Below the pieces are notes generated by a model. It saw only the letters and a program-made list of their open reading frames with translations, did not search any database and was not told the origin of the DNA. Positions 9,159 through 18,319 of a stretch of DNA of 64,000 bases are shown piece after piece. Numbering within the stretch: the first letter of the stretch is position 1; every line of letters starts with the position of its first letter. The stretch spans positions 34,381-98,380 of the forward strand of contig JAGLLT010000039.1 in NCBI GenBank assembly GCA_023140385.1, written 5' to 3'. This DNA is from Candidatus Omnitrophota bacterium (GTDB taxonomy: Bacteria > Omnitrophota > Gorgyraeia > JAGLLT01). The translations under genes and the position numbers were made by a program.

Positions 9159-9557
9159 ATGAGAAAAAGTAAGGGTTTTACGCTTTTAGAGATTGTGATT
9201 GCCCTGGCCATTCTGGTGATAGGTTTGGTTGGTATTTTGAGCCTCTTTCCGGTAGGTTTTCAGGCCTCCCGCAGAGCCTGTATGCTGACAGAGGCCACCA
9301 TTCATGCTCAGCAGGAGATAGAGAATTTTAAGCGGTTGGGGTATAGTCATCTTGATACAACTTTTACTGATGGGGCAGCTTCTAAGGTTGACGGGACGGC
9401 TGGTTGGACTGACTTTGGCGATGGTATTGAGTGTCAAGTTACTGTTACAGAGATAAACCCGCCCGGCGGCCTCAAAAGCGTTGAAGTTGAAATTCGATGG
9501 AAGGAGAAAGGAAGCTTTAAAAGTGAGACATTTATTACGTATATTGCCGAAAAATAA
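9159..9557 (+). CDS. Minor pseudopilin, GspI/PilV-like
   Basis: MRKSKG|FTLLEIVIALAIL prepilin motif. The protein is 132 aa. Confidence 0.6.
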   Translation: MRKSKGFTLLEIVIALAILVIGLVGILSLFPVGFQASRRACMLTEATIHAQQEIENFKRLGYSHLDTTFTDGAASKVDGTAGWTDFGDGIECQVTVTEINPPGGLKSVEVEIRWKEKGSFKSETFITYIAEK

Positions 9558-10143
9558 AAAAGGCTTTACCTTAATTGAAGTTTTAATAGCCAGCGTCATT
9601 CTGGTGATAGTGATGGGAAGCATGACTTTGGTATTTATCGAAGCCAACCGCGCCTGGACCCAGAGTGAGGCCAAACTGCAGGTTTATCAAAACGCCAGGG
9701 AAGCCCTCAGTCGGATGACAAGAGAACTGGCCTGCGCCTATCAGAGTTCATCGTCTACTACTCTGGAGAAGTTTAACTGGGATGATAGCCAGAAAAAGCT
9801 TGCTTTTACCGCCGCCTTTAATGTTGTTTATGACACCGATGAGTACGATTTAACTAAATTAGGCTACTGGCTTGACACTACGACTATGACACTGAAGAGA
9901 TATAAGAAGGATTATGGCGGCGGCGGCGGCGGAACGTGGAACCCGATAGCGGAAAATATTAAAACTTTAGCTTTCAAATATTACGATCATAAATTAGATA
10001 TTTGGGTCAGCGTTTGGGATCCTGCTGGTGCTACTCCCAGAGATTATTTGCCCAGGGCGGTTGAGATTACCATAACTGCCGAAGATAAACAGGGAAGGTT
10101 TACCAGAACTTTCGTAGATACAGTTTATATACCGATGTCTTAA
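9523..10143 (+). CDS. Minor pseudopilin, GspJ/PilW-like
   Basis: KNKKG|FTLIEVLIASVIL prepilin motif, about 200 aa. GTG 9523 has a GGAGAAAGGA RBS and overlaps the end of the upstream gene. Confidence 0.55.
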   Translation: MRHLLRILPKNKKGFTLIEVLIASVILVIVMGSMTLVFIEANRAWTQSEAKLQVYQNAREALSRMTRELACAYQSSSSTTLEKFNWDDSQKKLAFTAAFNVVYDTDEYDLTKLGYWLDTTTMTLKRYKKDYGGGGGGTWNPIAENIKTLAFKYYDHKLDIWVSVWDPAGATPRDYLPRAVEITITAEDKQGRFTRTFVDTVYIPMS

Positions 10144-10232
10144 TTTAATTTTCCCATTAGCGTGAAAGAAAGCCCCGAAGCCGCTCTTCCTTAGCTTAAG
10201 CAGGCCGGTAAAAAAAATTAATTAAAAGTTGT

Positions 10233-10262
10233 TGATTAAATATAGAAGGTGTTGTACAATAT
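10233..10262 (+). promoter_or_regulatory. Candidate promoter upstream of pilMN (TTGATT-17-TACAAT)
   Basis: Read from the sequence. Confidence 0.35.
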
Positions 10263-10309
10263 TACGGCGGGATTTGACTAACTTGAACTTTTAATAAACT
10301 GGTATATTT

Positions 10310-11965
10310 ATGGCAACGATAAAAAATTTAATCGGATTAGATATAGGCGGCAGCTCTGTCAAGCTTGTTAAATTTAAAAAAGTAAGAAATAAAATTCAGC
10401 TGGAAAAAGCCAGGGCTATAGAGCTAAAAGACGCGAAGTCTCTTCCCGCGGCCATAGCCGCTTTATTGAAAAGCGAAAAGATTCACACCTCAAAAGTTGC
10501 CGTATCCATTTCCGGCCAGTCAGTTTTTACGCGCTATGTTAAACTGCCAAAAATTTCCCAGAAAAAAATTGAGCAGGTAGTAAAATATGAAGCTCAGCAG
10601 CAAATTCCTTTTCCCATAGACAAGGTTATCTGGGATTATCAACTATTCGAAAATTCAAAGTCTCCTCAGTTAGAGGTCTTTCTTTCCGCTGTAAAGAAAG
10701 ATATTATTGACAACATCTACCGCCAGGTTTCTCAGGTTAAAGGCCTGGATGTTGTTTCTATGCAGGCGGCTCCCGTCGCTCTTTACAACATACTTAAGTT
10801 TAGCGGTGAAGTTAAAAATGACGCTATCATTCTTGACTTTGGGGCGAAAATAACCAATGTTGTTATTGCCAAGGGCAAGCAGATATGGATTAGAAGTATT
10901 CCTATAGGCGGTGATGATTTAACAAAAGCCATAAGTAAGCAGATGAAGACGGGGCCTGAGCAGGCAGAGGCCATGAAGAGAAAAGAAGGCATTATCCTTG
11001 CCGGAGCTACGGGGGATGAAGAGTTGACCCCGAGGTCTGATCTTATTTCCAAGGCTATCAGCCCCGTACTTACAGACCTGTTAGCGGAAATTATGCGCTC
11101 TATCAGTTATTATAAGTCTCAGTTTGATAAAACGGCCGCTTTTCAGGAGATTCTTCTGACGGGGGGCGCTTCAAAGATTATGTGCGTCGAGAGATTTTTT
11201 GAGCAAAACTTAAAAATTAAAACCCGCAAAGTTAATCTCTTAAAAGGCTTTGTTGTCAACAAATACATGAAGGCAAACCTTGATGTCATAGAGGACAGGC
11301 TGGGAGTGGCCATGGGGCTGGGGCTGCCAGCCGTCCAAACACCTGTCATAGAGATTAACCTGATATCCAGAGAACAAAGAAAGCTGAAGGAGTTCGGCAA
11401 GAAAGAGTTTTACATAATTGCCTCTGAGATTGTGCTTTTGGGCATTTTTCTGATGTTATCTTTTTTCTGCTCTCAGTCGAAAGAGTTAAGCCAAAGAAAC
11501 CTGCTGGCCATAACCGGCGAGATGGATAAGTACCGCGGAAATCAACGCTCCGTTTACGCGCTTCACGATCAAAACAAAGATGTTGAGGCAAAGCTGGATT
11601 TTCTCGGCGGCCTTATTTACCGAAAGAGGTTCTGGCTTGATGTAATAGCCGAAATAAACGCTATTGTGCCTAAAGAAGCCTGGTTGACAAAGTTAACCAC
11701 TGATCTCAGCCGGGAAGCAATAATTATTGAAGGAAAAACAACGGGGCCGTTTGATACCGTTAAAAGCATAAAAGAAAATTTGTTAAAATTAAATTATTTT
11801 TCTGAGGTGGAAACACTCAGGGCGGACCGCCCCTCCCCTCAGGAAGAGGAAGAGTTAGAAGAGTATAATATTATATTTACATTGAAGTTAAAATTGAAGA
11901 AACCCTCCCCGGCTTATTATGATAGAGAGAAAGAAGATCTGATTGAAAGGCATATGGTGAAATGA
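10310..11965 (+). CDS. pilMN: PilM-PilN fusion protein (actin-like ATPase-fold PilM fused to bitopic PilN)
   Basis: An N-terminal IGLDIGGSSVKLV actin-fold segment of about 340 aa is followed by IEINLISREQRK, a TM helix and a PilN-like periplasmic domain. The reading frame is continuous. Confidence 0.75.
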   Translation: MATIKNLIGLDIGGSSVKLVKFKKVRNKIQLEKARAIELKDAKSLPAAIAALLKSEKIHTSKVAVSISGQSVFTRYVKLPKISQKKIEQVVKYEAQQQIPFPIDKVIWDYQLFENSKSPQLEVFLSAVKKDIIDNIYRQVSQVKGLDVVSMQAAPVALYNILKFSGEVKNDAIILDFGAKITNVVIAKGKQIWIRSIPIGGDDLTKAISKQMKTGPEQAEAMKRKEGIILAGATGDEELTPRSDLISKAISPVLTDLLAEIMRSISYYKSQFDKTAAFQEILLTGGASKIMCVERFFEQNLKIKTRKVNLLKGFVVNKYMKANLDVIEDRLGVAMGLGLPAVQTPVIEINLISREQRKLKEFGKKEFYIIASEIVLLGIFLMLSFFCSQSKELSQRNLLAITGEMDKYRGNQRSVYALHDQNKDVEAKLDFLGGLIYRKRFWLDVIAEINAIVPKEAWLTKLTTDLSREAIIIEGKTTGPFDTVKSIKENLLKLNYFSEVETLRADRPSPQEEEELEEYNIIFTLKLKLKKPSPAYYDREKEDLIERHMVK

Positions 11966-12744
11966 ATTTCTATATAAAACTGCTAAAAAAGAATTTGTTT
12001 GCCTTTATTTTTATGGGTGTACTTTTAATAGCTATTATTATTTCAGCCGGTGTTTTTACGGCGCTTCTGGCCGGCAAGGCTGGTGTTGAAAATAAGGTTA
12101 AAGGAGAGTTGGTTCTCCGAGAGAACCTTACGATGGCAAAGAAAGACGCTCCTACTCTTGAGTGGATTAGCTACCTGACGAAAAAGAATGAGGCGCTTGA
12201 TAAAATATATAACGGCCTTATGGAAAAAATTGACGGGCCGGCCGTAAAGATGCCCGTGGAAGTGATGGAGTCCTTAAAGTTTAAGGAAAAGATATTTGAA
12301 GTTCAAAAAGATCTTAGAAAAGAGGCCGCCGGCAAACAGTTGGAGTTTAAAGATAAGGCTGTATTCTTAGGTTTTAAAGAGTATGAAACCAAGATTCCGC
12401 GTGATAAAGAGGTTCCAAACCTGACTAAACAGCTGGAGATCATAGAAGAGTTGATATCATTGATGTTTGAAAGCGAAATTGAAACCATTGAAGATATCGA
12501 ACTTCTTAAGTTTAATGATGGAGCCATTAAGGAAAAGAAAGATGAATTTAGGTACCGGGTCTTTCCTGTAAGGCTGGAGATTACTTCAAGCGTTAAAAAT
12601 CTGGCCTGGTTTTTCTTCAGGCTGTCTGAGTCGGACTTTATTTTTATGCCGGAGGAGCTAAAGATAGACTCTATGCCGGACTTAAAAGATAGAGTTAAGG
12701 GTAATTTTGTTATTTCCACTATTATTTTTTTGACAGACAATTAA
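11962..12744 (+). CDS. PilO-like bitopic inner-membrane pilus alignment protein
   Basis: ATGA overlap with pilMN. The protein has an N-terminal TM helix and a coiled-coil periplasmic domain. It is called PilO-like from its size and position. Confidence 0.45.
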   Translation: MNFYIKLLKKNLFAFIFMGVLLIAIIISAGVFTALLAGKAGVENKVKGELVLRENLTMAKKDAPTLEWISYLTKKNEALDKIYNGLMEKIDGPAVKMPVEVMESLKFKEKIFEVQKDLRKEAAGKQLEFKDKAVFLGFKEYETKIPRDKEVPNLTKQLEIIEELISLMFESEIETIEDIELLKFNDGAIKEKKDEFRYRVFPVRLEITSSVKNLAWFFFRLSESDFIFMPEELKIDSMPDLKDRVKGNFVISTIIFLTDN

Positions 12745-12756
12745 CCGGTAGGGCGA

Positions 12757-13458
12757 ATGGAAAAAAATTTTATTGTGAATAATATAGAGAAAATTGTTTT
12801 TTTTCTGCTTTTTATCGCGGCGGCAGCGCTCTTCGGAGGCTATCAAAAAGGACTTTATCTAAAGGGTATTGATGTTCAAAAAAAGCTTGCGGGCTACAAA
12901 TTTATACCGCCGCCTACAAGCATAGAGGGCATAGACACGCATAAAGAAACTATTGTGGAGCTAAGCAAGACCGCTTCTTTCTCCGACTACGAAGCTTGTT
13001 TTGAGAGGCAGGCGTTTAGTAAGTTTTTCATTCCTCCTCCGGTGGTGCCGCTCTTTGAGTATGAAAGCTGTAGTCCCGTTTATATGGATATAGTCTATAA
13101 AGGCTATATACAGTCATTAGCCGGAGTAGTGGGACAGATTAAAGTTGATAAAAGAAGTTACTTTGTGAGGGAGAAGGAGCGGATTGCTGACTACACGGTT
13201 GTAAAGATCAGAAAAGACTACGCGGTAGTTGAGAATACCGCGGGTAAAGAAATCAGATTGCCCCTTAGAGAAAGAATTTTAGGGGATGATTATCAGGCAG
13301 TTTTGTTTGTAACCGGGACAGGGGAAACAGTTAACGTCAAAAGAGGGGATGTTATAGAAAACTTCAAAGTACTTGACATTACACCTACTTGTGTGGTATT
13401 ATACAATGAAGGTACCCACCAACGCCTGGTTATTAAGCTGGAAGCGGGAAAGCAGTAG
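12757..13458 (+). CDS. Hypothetical membrane-anchored protein (possible PilP analogue)
   Basis: N-terminal TM or signal-anchor segment. The assignment rests only on its position between the PilO-like and secretin-associated genes. Confidence 0.3.
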   Translation: MEKNFIVNNIEKIVFFLLFIAAAALFGGYQKGLYLKGIDVQKKLAGYKFIPPPTSIEGIDTHKETIVELSKTASFSDYEACFERQAFSKFFIPPPVVPLFEYESCSPVYMDIVYKGYIQSLAGVVGQIKVDKRSYFVREKERIADYTVVKIRKDYAVVENTAGKEIRLPLRERILGDDYQAVLFVTGTGETVNVKRGDVIENFKVLDITPTCVVLYNEGTHQRLVIKLEAGKQ

Positions 13459-13515
13459 ATCGGGCGCTTGCAGTTTAATAAATTATTAGAGAAATATAAA
13501 AAAGGAGTTTTTATA

Positions 13516-14622
13516 ATGCTCAGGATTAGAGTCTTATTTGTTTTGACAATAGTGAGTTTGATTGCAGTTTTAACTGTACGTGGTACTGCTTACGGTGAAG
13601 TAAAGGGTAAAGCTGAAGATCTTGCCAAAAAATTAGCCGAACGTAAACAGCTGCGTCGGGAAGAAAGCGAAATCCTTGTTGAAGGCAGGACCCAAAGGGG
13701 CATATACTACTTCAATAAAGGCTATTATCATGAGGCCATTCAGCAGTTTCACCTTGTGCTTGAGATGTCACCGGATAATAAAAAGGCAAAAAGCTACCTC
13801 AACAAAGCTATAGATAAACTGCAAATCGCCGCAAAAAAGCACTACAATAAGGGAAAGGCTTATTATAACAAAGGCTATATGCAAAAATGTATCGATGAGA
13901 TGTCTTTAATCCCTGAGGGGTACCCCTATTACGCGGAGGCCCGAGAGTACATTATAAATGCCCGGGAGGTGTTAACCGGCGGCAAGGTTTACGGAATAGA
14001 GAGTCCCAAAGCCGGAACTCAGCACGTTAAGGATGAAATGAAGCGGATGACAAAAGATAAAGAGCTGGTGATGCTGAGAAAAAAGGCTCATGAGCAGAAG
14101 CTAATGATGGACGTAGAAAGGTCATATCTGCCTCCTGAGAGGCGGGAGGAGATAGAAGAAGACGATGAGATAACACCGGAGGAGATTGCTGAAAGGAAGA
14201 AAGAGGAGGCTGAGGAGAGGCTAAGGGTTAAGATGAACAAAAATATAGTACCGGCGTTAAGTTTGAGCGATGCCGATATCCGCGACGTTATAAGAGAGCT
14301 TGTCAAACTGACAGGAGTCAATATTATACTTAACGAAGGCGCGCTGAAGGAGGCGTCCGGTGGAGAAACGCTTAGCATATCTTTTACTACCGTTACTCCA
14401 ATGGCCCTTTTGGATCTGCTTGATATCGCCCTTAAAACAACGAACTTAGCTTATAAGGTAGAGCCGTCGTATATATGGATTTCAGACAAGACTTCTATTG
14501 CCGAGGAAAAGATGGTTACTCGTACATATAAACTGAAGTACGGTGTACGAAGTATTCGTGATGTCGGCTTGATTCAGTTTGACGGCGGCGATGAAGAGAT
14601 TGAAGAGGACGAAGATTTTTAA
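13516..14622 (+). CDS. Periplasmic TPR protein carrying a secretin N0 domain and a truncated N1 domain (split-secretin N-terminal module)
   Basis: AAGGAG RBS. N-terminal signal peptide and TPR-like repeats. An E-rich linker is followed by the N0/STN-like segment DADIRDVIRELVKLTGVNIIL...LLDIALKTTNLAYKVE. After N0 comes MVTRTYKLKYG, which looks like the start of an N1 domain. The protein ends with an acidic tail. Confidence 0.6.
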   Translation: MLRIRVLFVLTIVSLIAVLTVRGTAYGEVKGKAEDLAKKLAERKQLRREESEILVEGRTQRGIYYFNKGYYHEAIQQFHLVLEMSPDNKKAKSYLNKAIDKLQIAAKKHYNKGKAYYNKGYMQKCIDEMSLIPEGYPYYAEAREYIINAREVLTGGKVYGIESPKAGTQHVKDEMKRMTKDKELVMLRKKAHEQKLMMDVERSYLPPERREEIEEDDEITPEEIAERKKEEAEERLRVKMNKNIVPALSLSDADIRDVIRELVKLTGVNIILNEGALKEASGGETLSISFTTVTPMALLDLLDIALKTTNLAYKVEPSYIWISDKTSIAEEKMVTRTYKLKYGVRSIRDVGLIQFDGGDEEIEEDEDF

Positions 14623-14664
14623 ATTCAGCTATTATCAACCAAAACAACCTGTAGAGTGCAAGCT

Positions 14665-15858
14665 ATGATAAAAAGAATTACTATTTGCGTTTTTCTAAGC
14701 ATCCTGGCCATAAATTCACTGTCTTTTGCCGAAGATAGTATGACCATTAAAGAGTATCTGGAGGAAGCGCTCCCGCTTCAAAAAGACAGAAAGATAGTCT
14801 TGGACAGGACTACCGGTATTCTCACCATAACAGATACCCCGACTAACCACAAGTTAATCAGGAAGCTTATCAAAGAGTTTGATGTCGGCCCTTCACAGGT
14901 TATGATTGAAGCCAGGTTCGTGGAGGTGAAGGTGAGTAACCTGGAGGAGTTAGGGGCAGAGTTTTACTGGTATCAGGCGGGTGAGCCGGAGAATGATAAG
15001 ATACTTGAAGGTTTGTCAGTGGGAGACGCGGCGCAGATTACTGATGATTTTGGTTATAGTGATCCTACTTATTACGCGACTACTCTCGATGGTATACAGT
15101 GGGGAAGGGCAGATGACTACGGAGAATATCAGCATTTTCCTCAATCGGGCTATGGAATGGACTTTTTTATCGGCAAGACAGGCTATCACGGTAACTACTT
15201 GAGGGCTTATATCCACGCGCTGGAGCAAAAAGGCAAGGCCAATACGCTCTCAGCGCCCAAGATAGCCACCCTCTCCGGACAGATGGCCAGTATGGAGGTA
15301 AGCCGGGTGTTTCCTTATGTCAGCGAGGTAGAGTTGGAGAACTTGGGGACGGCCGATCACCCTATCTGGTGCCTTAAAAAGACGGTAGAGGAGAAAATGA
15401 TGGGTATCTCGCTTGAGGTGACGCCGTATGTCGCCAAAGGCAGTAAATATATCACCCTTGACCTTCACCCCGAGGTTAACGTTATGCTTGATCAGAAGTC
15501 CATCAGGCCGCCAGTTACCACAAGCTACCTTACTTATTATTGGCATGGGAGTGACGAAGGTTATGAGCGATATACATATACCAGTACCGTTCCCGGCGTG
15601 CCTGATTCCGTTGGCTGGCCTACGGTTGACACCCGCTCTACCCAGACAACTGTGGTTACCAAAAGCGGAAGGACTATTATCTTGGGCGGGATGATAAAGG
15701 AGGAGGAAAAGGTTTACCGTAAAAAGGTACCTTTTTTAGGCAGTATTCCGCTTTTAGGCAACTTGTTTAAGTACAAATATATTGATAAGGAAAAGACAAA
15801 TCTCCTTATCTTTATCACAGCTACTTTAATTACTCCCGAGGGTAAGGAAATAAAATAA
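14665..15858 (+). CDS. Short secretin (N3 domain + secretin core), paralog A
   Basis: Signal peptide. N3-like segment TGILTITDTPTNHKLIRKLI...QVMIEARFVEV. C-terminal secretin signature VPFLGSIPLLGNLFKYK...NLLIFITATLI. Confidence 0.75.
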   Translation: MIKRITICVFLSILAINSLSFAEDSMTIKEYLEEALPLQKDRKIVLDRTTGILTITDTPTNHKLIRKLIKEFDVGPSQVMIEARFVEVKVSNLEELGAEFYWYQAGEPENDKILEGLSVGDAAQITDDFGYSDPTYYATTLDGIQWGRADDYGEYQHFPQSGYGMDFFIGKTGYHGNYLRAYIHALEQKGKANTLSAPKIATLSGQMASMEVSRVFPYVSEVELENLGTADHPIWCLKKTVEEKMMGISLEVTPYVAKGSKYITLDLHPEVNVMLDQKSIRPPVTTSYLTYYWHGSDEGYERYTYTSTVPGVPDSVGWPTVDTRSTQTTVVTKSGRTIILGGMIKEEEKVYRKKVPFLGSIPLLGNLFKYKYIDKEKTNLLIFITATLITPEGKEIK

Positions 15859-15859
15859 T

Positions 15860-17023
15860 ATGAAAAAGATAAAGAGTTATCTAATATTAATTTTTTCATT
15901 AAATATACTATTATCCGGCAGCTACTGCGCGGGTGAGACCATAAAGGATTATTTGGAGGAGGTTTTGCCTTATCAGGAGGGCCGAAGGATAGTTATAAAT
16001 ACGGCCACCGGAGTTTTGACTATTACCGACACGCCCACTAATCATAAACTGATTAGAATGCTGATAAAAGAGTGGGATGTCGGGCCGCGTCAGATTTCCA
16101 TTGAGGCTAAATTTATTGAGCTTAGAGAGGGTGTCATTGATGAAATGGGCATTGAGTGGTACGGGACAAGAAGTGATACTCAGTACCAGGTGGGAGTAGA
16201 AAGAAGAAGAAAAAAACATAATTTTTACATTGGTGACGGTCCCCAAAGAGGTACGAATGATGAGGGAACTCCGGTAACGGTTCCGCCTGCTTATGACGAG
16301 AATATCTCCGGCGCCGAAGAGGCCTTTGATTACAGGTATGACGCCTGGGCGTCTCCTCCATGGAGCGGTACAGAGTGGGGCGCGCCCAATCAGCCGGCAG
16401 GTGTTGGTTTGTGGGTAGGCAAAAGTTCTATGTCGGGCAGCGGTTTATTCGGCTACCTGAAGGCTTTGGAGTCGACAAGTAAAGTAAATGTTTTATCCTC
16501 ACCGAGAGTTACCACCCTTTCCGGCCAGATGGCTAATATTGAGTTGGCTGTGACAGCGCCTTACGCTTCTAGTGTAGATTTAACCGATACAGGCAGGTCT
16601 GCGTTTGGCCAGTATGAGACTTATGAAATTGAGGAGAAAAAGACAGGTGTTTTTTTAGAGGTGACGCCTTCGGTTGCCGAAGGCGGCAACATTATTACTC
16701 TTGATCTGCACCCTGAGGTAAGCGAGGTAGTAAGGAAGGTTCCCCTTTCAAGCAGTGATCAGTTTCCTGAGTATCTGGGCTGGCCAATTGTTGATACCCG
16801 CTCTATGCAGACAAGTATTACCATAAGAAGCGGAGAGACGATTGTTATCGGCGGTTTGATGAGGGATGATGAGGTAGTCACGGAAAGAAAGGTTCCTTTT
16901 TTAGGAAATATCCCCATTTTAGGGAATTTATTTAAGTATAAGTTAAAGAGCAGGGAAAAGACAAATCTGGTTATCTTTTTAAAGGCGACTCTGGTATCCG
17001 CGGAGGGTGAGGAGTTAAAGTAA
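15860..17023 (+). CDS. Short secretin (N3 domain + secretin core), paralog B
   Basis: Signal peptide. N3-like segment TGVLTITDTPTNHKLIRMLI...QISIEAKFIEL. C-terminal secretin signature VPFLGNIPILGNLFKYK...NLVIFLKATLV. Confidence 0.75.
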   Translation: MKKIKSYLILIFSLNILLSGSYCAGETIKDYLEEVLPYQEGRRIVINTATGVLTITDTPTNHKLIRMLIKEWDVGPRQISIEAKFIELREGVIDEMGIEWYGTRSDTQYQVGVERRRKKHNFYIGDGPQRGTNDEGTPVTVPPAYDENISGAEEAFDYRYDAWASPPWSGTEWGAPNQPAGVGLWVGKSSMSGSGLFGYLKALESTSKVNVLSSPRVTTLSGQMANIELAVTAPYASSVDLTDTGRSAFGQYETYEIEEKKTGVFLEVTPSVAEGGNIITLDLHPEVSEVVRKVPLSSSDQFPEYLGWPIVDTRSMQTSITIRSGETIVIGGLMRDDEVVTERKVPFLGNIPILGNLFKYKLKSREKTNLVIFLKATLVSAEGEELK

Positions 17024-17033
17024 GGTTAAAATT

Positions 17034-17333
17034 ATGAAGAAATTCCAAAAATTTTCAATTGTTATTTTTATATGTATGTTAATATTGCCGCTTTACCCGC
17101 AAGCTGGTTTTGCTCAGAACAAAAAGATTAAACTTACTACCTGTGATTTACACAAGGAGTATACCATTAAAGGAATTGTAGTTTACCGCTCCGGCACGCC
17201 GGATTTAGAGCAGATAAATGAGGAGCTTATAAAACGGGCCGGGAAGCTGAAGGCGGACTGTATTATCGGAGTAAGATATCTTGAGGCCATGGGGTATTTA
17301 TTTGGTTACGGAACTGCCGTTAAGGTGAAATAA
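17034..17333 (+). CDS. Small secreted YbjQ/UPF0145-like protein
   Basis: Signal peptide. The C-terminal ADCIIGVRYLEAMGYLFGYGTAVKVK resembles the YbjQ family. Confidence 0.4.
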   Translation: MKKFQKFSIVIFICMLILPLYPQAGFAQNKKIKLTTCDLHKEYTIKGIVVYRSGTPDLEQINEELIKRAGKLKADCIIGVRYLEAMGYLFGYGTAVKVK

Positions 17334-17463
17334 TTCCGCGCATAATCGCAATTCTTTTTAAATATCTATTATCCTGACATAAATCTCTGAAATTTTCTAA
17401 AGGTGCCGGTTGAACCGGTATAAATCTTTCCTATAATTATGAATGTCCATAGATAATTATTAA

Positions 17464-18297
17464 ATGATGGCTCTAAAAAAATATCTTGTTGTTCACCTAA
17501 CTGTCTTATTAGCCTGTAGTACGGTTTACGCCTTTGATGACCTTTCTTCCGGCCTAAGCGGCCATTATGCTTCAATGAACTTCTCCGTCCGCGCGACGAC
17601 TGTCGGAAAGGCCAGGGTAATAGGCGAGAAATCAGAAAGGTACTATAAAAGACTCTTAAAAAAATTAAGATACGGCGGTATGCTGAAAAAGAAGTGCCGT
17701 ATCTATATTTATAGTAACCATGAAGCATACATACAGTCTCTGCGTTCTGCCGGCATAAAGATACCGGCGTGGTCGGGAGGATGCCATTTACCGAGAAGGC
17801 ACTATGAGTTCGGATATCCTGTGGTCTGCGGATTTATAGAAAAGAGGCTATTAACCGAGGTTTTACCGCATGAGTTAACGCACGCTATATTCGCGGAATT
17901 TGTGTATGGTAAGAGAATTATAGAAAAACGCCTTTCTCCTTTGCCGCTCTGGATTGATGAAGGTATGGCCGTTTATATGCAGGAGAGGTCTGATTATAAG
18001 CAGGTAGTAAAACAGGCCGTCAGCGAAGGTGGTTATATCAGGTTGAAAGATCTCTTTATATTAAAAAGGTATCCGAAAGATGAAGCAAAGCTAAAGTATT
18101 TTTACGCCCAATCACCCAGCCTGGTTGATTTTTTGCTGAATAAGTATCCGGGCGGTAAGTTTATGTCTTTGGCCAAAAAATCGGTCTTTTCCGCCAAATC
18201 CGATGAAGAGATTTTAACTTCGGTTTATTACGGCAAAATAACAAGCATCAGCCAGATGGAGAAGCTCTGGATAAAGTTCGTTAAAGAGAGATATTAA
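17464..18297 (+). CDS. Secreted putative zinc metallopeptidase, peptidase-MA-like (HExxH...E)
   Basis: Signal peptide. HELTH motif followed about 30 aa later by WIDEGMAVY, a gluzincin-like third zinc ligand. Confidence 0.5.
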   Translation: MMALKKYLVVHLTVLLACSTVYAFDDLSSGLSGHYASMNFSVRATTVGKARVIGEKSERYYKRLLKKLRYGGMLKKKCRIYIYSNHEAYIQSLRSAGIKIPAWSGGCHLPRRHYEFGYPVVCGFIEKRLLTEVLPHELTHAIFAEFVYGKRIIEKRLSPLPLWIDEGMAVYMQERSDYKQVVKQAVSEGGYIRLKDLFILKRYPKDEAKLKYFYAQSPSLVDFLLNKYPGGKFMSLAKKSVFSAKSDEEILTSVYYGKITSISQMEKLWIKFVKERY

Positions 18298-18319
18298 AAT
18301 TTTTGCAAACTGTAGAAAA

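Noticed and set aside
13468-13515. Upstream start (13468) for the TPR/N0 protein, and 14656 for secretin A
   Set aside because: The internal ATGs (13516, 14665) are preceded by AAGGAG-like RBSs and give proper signal peptides.
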